Positions 58,347-64,000 of a stretch of DNA of 64,000 bases are shown in pieces. How positions within the stretch are numbered: the first letter of the stretch is position 1; each line of letters opens with the position of its first letter. The notes beneath the pieces were generated by a model, which worked only from the letters and a program-made list of their open reading frames with translations, was not told where the DNA came from and did not search any database. The stretch covers positions 160,001 to 224,000 of IMG/VR virus record IMGVR_UViG_3300032243_000867. One strand, written 5' to 3'. Both the position numbers and the translations under genes were made by a program. This DNA is from a virus. Taxonomy: Duplodnaviria > Caudoviricetes.

Positions 58347-58400
58347 CGGCGGGTTTCCCTTCTATCCGCGTACCGTTGCGGAACTCCTCACAGGTGAACG

Positions 58401-61400
58401 ATGCCCGCTTTCAACCGCTATTACACGCCCCCCGGTTCAGCCGTTCCCTCGTCGGTATCGCGGGATCTGGACCCCGGCGAGTATTCGTGGGACACGGTCG
58501 TCTACCAGAGTGGGCGACCGATCCTCGACGCGGAGCTCAACCTTGCCCAAGACGCCAGCGAGTACAACCGCACCCTTCTCGCGGGTAAGGCCCTGCCCTC
58601 GGGGTTCATCCGCGGGCAAAGCACCTTTTCCGCGCTGAACGACTACGCCTTCGGGTTGCCCCCCGGCGTGCCCGTGAACTCGTTCATTCTTCCCCGCTTG
58701 CTCGCCAACGTAGCGGGAATGCCCGTGGTGGTGGAGTACACGGGCACGGTCACTCCGAACGCAAACGTAGTAACGCTCCCCGCTGCGACCGCGTACGCGG
58801 GTCTCCCGGCGAACATCAAGCGCACGGACTTCGTGTTCCTAGAAGTCTGGCGTGCACAGGTAGCACCCTCACCCCGTGCCTACGGGTACGTCCAGATCGT
58901 GGACTCCCCGTTCGCCATCGCCCCCGGTGACACGATCACCATTGACACGACGGTGTTGGGCGGTGCCCCGGTGGTGCTCGCGGCGGTGGCGGGAGTTCCC
59001 GCCGTGGGGCAGTTCCAGATCGGGGCCAACGCCGACGCGACGGGTGTCAACTTCGCGGCGGCGGTGAACAACCCTGCAAACGGTCTGTTTCCCGACGTGA
59101 CGGCGAACGCCCACAGCTCCAGCATCGTGCAGATCACCGCGGGCACGGGCGGTGTCGTCGGAAACGGCGTCACCCTTGCGGAGAGCACGGCGGGCGCTCG
59201 CATTGTTCTCTCGGGGCCGAATCTCCTCAACGGCGCGAACCGCCCGAACAAGCCCACGCAGGACGCCATCTACCACCACGGCAACGTGGGCTCGCCCCCG
59301 GGTGTGGACCTCCCCGACAACTTGGTCGATCCCGCCCTGAACGTCGAAAGCACCCAACGGGTGCAGGTCCAGTACCGCCTACGGACGTACAGCGACGTGG
59401 CGGCGGGCATCAACCCCAAGACTCAGCCCGACGGGTTCAGCAATACGAACCTACTGGCGCAGGGCGCGGCGGTCGCCCCCGTTGTGGGCTATCCGTTCGT
59501 CCCCGCCGACGGGGTCACCGTCACGGTTAACTCCGACGCCACGGCCTACGGGTTCGTGGACAACGGGCTGTACATTGCGGGTGATGGGACGGCGGTAAGC
59601 GCCGCTGCGCTGGGAACGGTGGACGGGTTCGTGTACGCGATCCCCGTGTGCTTTGCGTTTCGCCGCAACAACGCGGAGGGCACAGGCGGCTTCGATCCGG
59701 CGTCGAACGCGAACGGGGCGCTGTCCTACGGGCACGCCGCACCCTTCTTGAACTCGCACCTAGAGACACCCGGCCCGGTCAACATCGCCGCGAACGCTTC
59801 GGATCGCCCGGACGGGTTGTTCCACGACGTGATTGCGGCGGCGGACGTTCTGGACCTTCGTCGGCACGTCACCCCGCCGGGGTACGACTTCGGCTCGGAG
59901 CTCAAGTACCAGACCCAGTCCCTGCTCGACGCCACCAACCTCTCGTGGCAGGTGGAATCGTCGGACCTCGGGACGATGGGCGCGGGATCGGGCGGGGAGT
60001 CCACCACCCCGATGGTGTGCGACGAGATCGCCCGTCCCGGCAGTCCGGGGTCTGGGGTTTTCGGGGACCGCATCCGCACGTTCGACCACATCGCTCGTCG
60101 GTTTGCTTCTCAGCCCATCGTCGAACGGGTGATCTTCGAGGTGCTACCGAACGCTGTTTCCTACCCCGTGGGCTTCGCGGTGGCGAACTCGGGCACGGGG
60201 TGGTGCGAGGACGACACCATCTCCCTCGACTTCACGGCGCTGGACGCTTCGACACTACAAGACTGGCTGCTTCCCACGGCGGCGCGGCCCGTGACGGGCA
60301 ACTGGCCCGTTGGGACGAAGGTCACCGACGTTCTGGTGAGCTACCACGATGACGGCCATAGCACCGTTCCCGTGGACCAAGTGGTTCAGTTCAAGAGCAT
60401 CACGGGCGTGGGGACCGACGTGGTGACCGTCACCTTGGACCACAACCCGCAGGTAACGAACGTGGCGGCATCGGGGACCATGTTGACCGACCTGTCATTG
60501 GGAGTGAACGGTTCGCAGCGGCGCATCTTCCTAGAGGTTGAGGTCACCTACCCCACGGGTGCGGGGTTGATTCGCACGCCGCGCGCACCCCTCACCCCTA
60601 GCGCGTCCTCGGGATACGCCCCGTACAACGGCGGGGCGATCATCGAGTTCGACCCTTCGCAGCGCCCCACGGACATGGTGGTGGGGTGGGTGCCGCAACC
60701 GAAGTTCCGCCCGCCGTTCCGAGAGGTTCTCCTCGAACAACAAACCAAGAACGTCGTGGACAGCGTCGTCACGCGGGACCCCGCCACCGTCTACACCCCT
60801 CGGAGGGTATCCACCACGGTGGGTATGTTGGCGAACGGGGTTGCTCCCGTGAGCGCCACGGTGGGAAGCTCGGAGCGAAAGGTGGTTCTGGGCGCGGCGG
60901 CGGTGGGGCAAAGCCCCGTGCCGGTGAACTACCGACCGCAAGACCCCATCCCCGACTACGGAGCGTCGGGCTACCGTCTCGACGTGTACTACCAAGGGAC
61001 CGCCCCGCAGACGTGCGGGGTTCAGCCGGGGGCGATTCCGACGAACCTTCTTCCCCACGGCTTCACCGTCGAACCCCTGGCGGTTTCCAACCACGTCTGG
61101 ACGGGTCAAACGGGCGCTGGCTCGGTGGACCTCGCGTTCCCCTACGCGGTGCCCCTCGACAACATCCCGATGGCGAACTTGGTGCCGGGAAGCGACCTTG
61201 AGTGGTACTTCGCGGCGACGGCCGCGGTGGCGGTATCCGACTTCAACGCCGACACGGGCTCGCTCACCTTGCACCCGATGGTGCCGATGGACGCTTCGGC
61301 CCCGTTGACCCTCGGGGATGTCGCGCACGGAACGAAGATCGACGGGGAGTTCCGCGCCTACTACGACTTCGTGAACGCGGGCGGGTACAAGTCCACGGTG

Positions 61401-61637
61401 ATGGCGCAGCCCTTGTCGGGCGCGACCCGTCACAAAGTGTTCACGACGATGCTCGTTCGCCCCACCACGGCGACGTTGCTCTTCCGCCCTGGTGAGCTCG
61501 TCCTTCTGGTGTTCTCTCGGTGGGCCGTGCTGGACGCCGACAACAAGGTGGTGGTGGCCGACCCGCCCGTGGGGACGGCCTCTTCCATCGTGGCCGTGTT
61601 TCGCACCAAGAACCTTCTACTCACCGCAGGTACCTGA
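58401..61637 (+). CDS. Large baseplate/fibre-associated protein (1078 aa), paralogue of 9327..14807
   Basis: VVYQSGRPILDAELNL, RTDFVFLEVWRA, RVQVQYR, GTVDGFVYAIPVC, RPDGLF.D.I..D.LDLRR. Confidence 0.7.
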   Translation: MPAFNRYYTPPGSAVPSSVSRDLDPGEYSWDTVVYQSGRPILDAELNLAQDASEYNRTLLAGKALPSGFIRGQSTFSALNDYAFGLPPGVPVNSFILPRLLANVAGMPVVVEYTGTVTPNANVVTLPAATAYAGLPANIKRTDFVFLEVWRAQVAPSPRAYGYVQIVDSPFAIAPGDTITIDTTVLGGAPVVLAAVAGVPAVGQFQIGANADATGVNFAAAVNNPANGLFPDVTANAHSSSIVQITAGTGGVVGNGVTLAESTAGARIVLSGPNLLNGANRPNKPTQDAIYHHGNVGSPPGVDLPDNLVDPALNVESTQRVQVQYRLRTYSDVAAGINPKTQPDGFSNTNLLAQGAAVAPVVGYPFVPADGVTVTVNSDATAYGFVDNGLYIAGDGTAVSAAALGTVDGFVYAIPVCFAFRRNNAEGTGGFDPASNANGALSYGHAAPFLNSHLETPGPVNIAANASDRPDGLFHDVIAAADVLDLRRHVTPPGYDFGSELKYQTQSLLDATNLSWQVESSDLGTMGAGSGGESTTPMVCDEIARPGSPGSGVFGDRIRTFDHIARRFASQPIVERVIFEVLPNAVSYPVGFAVANSGTGWCEDDTISLDFTALDASTLQDWLLPTAARPVTGNWPVGTKVTDVLVSYHDDGHSTVPVDQVVQFKSITGVGTDVVTVTLDHNPQVTNVAASGTMLTDLSLGVNGSQRRIFLEVEVTYPTGAGLIRTPRAPLTPSASSGYAPYNGGAIIEFDPSQRPTDMVVGWVPQPKFRPPFREVLLEQQTKNVVDSVVTRDPATVYTPRRVSTTVGMLANGVAPVSATVGSSERKVVLGAAAVGQSPVPVNYRPQDPIPDYGASGYRLDVYYQGTAPQTCGVQPGAIPTNLLPHGFTVEPLAVSNHVWTGQTGAGSVDLAFPYAVPLDNIPMANLVPGSDLEWYFAATAAVAVSDFNADTGSLTLHPMVPMDASAPLTLGDVAHGTKIDGEFRAYYDFVNAGGYKSTVMAQPLSGATRHKVFTTMLVRPTTATLLFRPGELVLLVFSRWAVLDADNKVVVADPPVGTASSIVAVFRTKNLLLTAGT

Positions 61638-61642
61638 ACGCC

Positions 61643-64000
61643 ATGCCGCGCACGAACGATCCCTTGGGCATTCTCACGGGCGGTGGGCTCGCGCCTCCCG
61701 GTTCCGTGAGTTCGTCGTCCATCGCTCCCGGTGAAGTCGGCCCGGTGTCGGAGACTCTTGGAGCCCACGTAGGAAACCCCACGGGGGCGCACCCAGCGAG
61801 TGCGATCTCGATCCTCGACCCCTACACCCGGTACTTCATGGGGCCGAACGTCCAGGGAGCCATCAACGAACTCGCGGCGCTGGTACCGCCGCCCATGGGC
61901 GGTGTGGGAAGCGAGGGGGTGGCGTGGCTGGGCAGCACCAACGTCGGCACGCCCGACTGGGGCATCCTCAAGCTCCACGACGGCATCCTTCCCTTCACGG
62001 GCAACACCCTCGCGGACCCTCACGGCGTGTACCCGTACTACTACCGCGCCCCGGTGACAGACTCGGGCGTGGGGCTGACGGGAACGGGCATTGAGCCCGC
62101 GACGGACCCGACCTTCAACGTGGTGGACGGTCTGTACACGGGCGGCGGGAATGGCGCGGCACACGCGGGCTTCGCGACCCTCTCTAGCTACGGCGCGGGC
62201 TACCCGACGTGGAGGATTCTCTCGGCCATCGCGAACCCCGCCGCCGTGGTGTCTGGAATCGTTTCGCCCTCCGACCGTGGGGTGCTTGCGCTGGTGAAGT
62301 GGCCTTCGGGGGATGAGCCCGCCCCCGCCCCGGCGGCGAACGTAGGGGACATTCAGGCCCGGTGCGTCGCGGCCCTCCTTCTTGGCAAGGGCATCCTCGA
62401 CAACGGGTGTGACGGCGAACCGGGCGGGGTTTTCGTCGAAGCCACGGGCGGTCTTCGGGCCATCGCCTCGGCCAAGTACAACGTGAACCCCGCTGCGGGG
62501 TACACGTTCACGCTGGACCTGTCCTCGGTAGGCGGTCCTCCCGCCCCGGTGACGTTCACGGCGGTGGCGGGTGCCCCCGCTAACCCGTACGAGTTCCAAG
62601 TAGGCGGCGGCGCGGCGGCGACGGCGGCGAACTTCGCGCTGGCCCTGAACACCCTGTACTACAGCGAGGTTCTCGCAGCGATTACCAACGGAACGGATAC
62701 CGTCACCCTCTACCTGCGGACTCCCGGCACCGTAGGGAACGCTCCGACCACCACCATCACCTGCACGGCGGCACCGGGCGCCATCGGGGTTACGAACTTC
62801 AACGGCGGGACGGACGCGATTCTCAGCCCGTACGCTTTCCCCGGACGCGCGGCGGGGCAGTACAACCTCGAAGAGATTCACGCGGGTCTTTCGGGCACAA
62901 CGGGAACCGATCCCTTCTTCAACCCCGCAGCGGGTCAGGTGAGACTTCTCACCGATCCGGCGGCGGTGACGTTCGCCCCGGCGACGGTTACGGGCGGTCT
63001 GCCCATCTTCGGCGGGACCAGCAAGGCCATCGGCACGGTTACTCCCTTGTCGGGGTTTCCGTTCAGCCTCGGCGGCGGGACGGATGGAAACTTCTTCGCG
63101 TACCGACTGCCCTACCTGAAGGACTACTCGGTGGCCTCGGGGCTGGTGTACACCCCGGCGGCGGAAAAGACCCGGTTCACGACGAAGCTCGCTCCCGCGA
63201 GTGCGGGTGCCCTAACCCAAGCGGGCGACTACGACGACTTCACGACGGACTTCTGGGCCTTCCAGATCGCCCGCTACCGTCACCGATTCGTTCTCACCCC
63301 CCCTCCCGTTGTGGCGCTCACCCGCGAGGACGGCAACTACGCCCTCGTACACTTCAAAAAGGAAGCGTACTTCGAGGCGTACGTTCGTGACGGGGTGGTT
63401 CCCGCCAGCGATCAGCTATGGTCGGTGAACCTCGTGCGGTGGACGGGAAACGTGCCCCCGTACGACCTGACCGAGAACCTCGTCACCAGCACCCCCGGAG
63501 CCTCCGCGGCCAACCCGGTGAACCGCTCGGAGGTGTTCGAGGACAAGAACGGCACCTTCGTCCCCGCGCCCGCTGGGTTGTTGAGTTTCACTTTGGGCAC
63601 GGCGGCGGTTCCGACAAGGATGTACTGCTCGGGCATCGAGTACTACGTCCCCATCGACGTGACCACGGTGAACACGCCGAACGTCGCAATTATCAACCTC
63701 GCCTTCACCTACAACGGGGTGTTCGACCGTGGGTACCGCTCGCACGACAAGGTGCCCACGGGCGGTCCCCTGTCAACGGACAACCGCAGGTACGCGCTGA
63801 ACCAGAACCCGGTGTTCATCTCTCTCGCCTCGTTCAGCTACGAGGGAGATGAGGCCCTCGGGACATCTACTCTCGCGACGGGCTCTCCCGGCGCGGTCAC
63901 ATTTCCCGCCGAACTGGGGGAGATCCGCCGCCAGCGCATCGAGTTTGGCTACGCGGATTTGACCCCGGCGGCGACCCTTGACCCCGCCGTTGGGGACCCG
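61643..64000 (+). CDS. Large virion protein, 3'-truncated (>785 aa; missing from the ORF track because there is no stop in the window)
   Basis: MPRTNDPLG..HVGNPTGAHPASAIS..NVQGAINELA; my translations of the start, interior segments and last 100 nt in this frame show no stop. Confidence 0.75.
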   Translation, partial: MPRTNDPLGILTGGGLAPPGSVSSSSIAPGEVGPVSETLGAHVGNPTGAHPASAISILDPYTRYFMGPNVQGAINELAALVPPPMGGVGSEGVAWLGSTNVGTPDWGILKLHDGILPFTGNTLADPHGVYPYYYRAPVTDSGVGLTGTGIEPATDPTFNVVDGLYTGGGNGAAHAGFATLSSYGAGYPTWRILSAIANPAAVVSGIVSPSDRGVLALVKWPSGDEPAPAPAANVGDIQARCVAALLLGKGILDNGCDGEPGGVFVEATGGLRAIASAKYNVNPAAGYTFTLDLSSVGGPPAPVTFTAVAGAPANPYEFQVGGGAAATAANFALALNTLYYSEVLAAITNGTDTVTLYLRTPGTVGNAPTTTITCTAAPGAIGVTNFNGGTDAILSPYAFPGRAAGQYNLEEIHAGLSGTTGTDPFFNPAAGQVRLLTDPAAVTFAPATVTGGLPIFGGTSKAIGTVTPLSGFPFSLGGGTDGNFFAYRLPYLKDYSVASGLVYTPAAEKTRFTTKLAPASAGALTQAGDYDDFTTDFWAFQIARYRHRFVLTPPPVVALTREDGNYALVHFKKEAYFEAYVRDGVVPASDQLWSVNLVRWTGNVPPYDLTENLVTSTPGASAANPVNRSEVFEDKNGTFVPAPAGLLSFTLGTAAVPTRMYCSGIEYYVPIDVTTVNTPNVAIINLAFTYNGVFDRGYRSHDKVPTGGPLSTDNRRYALNQNPVFISLASFSYEGDEALGTSTLATGSPGAVTFPAELGEIRRQRIEFGYADLTPAATLDPAVGDP

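Noticed and set aside
1-64000. tRNA/rRNA genes, CRISPR array, reverse transcriptase/DGR
   Set aside because: No cloverleaf or T-loop in intergenic DNA, no repeat-spacer array, and no YxDD RT or TR/VR pair noticed by eye. A tRNAscan/CRISPR run would be needed for certainty.

Overview
High-GC (roughly two-thirds G+C by eye), gene-dense segment of what appears to be a large contractile-tailed (jumbo-type) bacteriophage genome. No tRNA, rRNA or CRISPR array was seen. Main blocks: (i) very large virion/baseplate genes (1468, 1826, 1122, 1880, 1078 and >785 aa), with gp25-like, baseplate-J-like and tail-collar genes and a GH73-like muralytic domain; (ii) a replication block (intein-containing SNF2 helicase, degenerate DnaC-like loader, DnaB, stand-alone CHC2 primase zinc finger, family A polymerase); (iii) accessory genes (tandem cold-shock protein, thymidine kinase, PIN-PhoH); (iv) selfish elements (LAGLIDADG intein, two GIY-YIG/NUMOD3 endonucleases, a NUMOD3 remnant, an RHH+TnpB IS200/IS605-like element). 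The most striking feature is the 28.7-41 kb cluster. Unrelated modular proteins there (second SNF2 helicase, Ntn-hydrolase/CCA-adding-enzyme fusion, multi-domain proteins) share a short basic motif, (R/K)(V/I/L)Ax(R/K/Q)(Y/F/H), and (K/R)-x-A boundaries at domain edges. I interpret this, as inference only, as a capsid-targeting and proteolytic-processing code for injected cargo proteins. Two recurrent upstream motifs (GGGCGTAA and CTAT-N14-16-ATG) look like two temporal promoter classes. All family assignments come from recognising motifs by eye, not from database searches.
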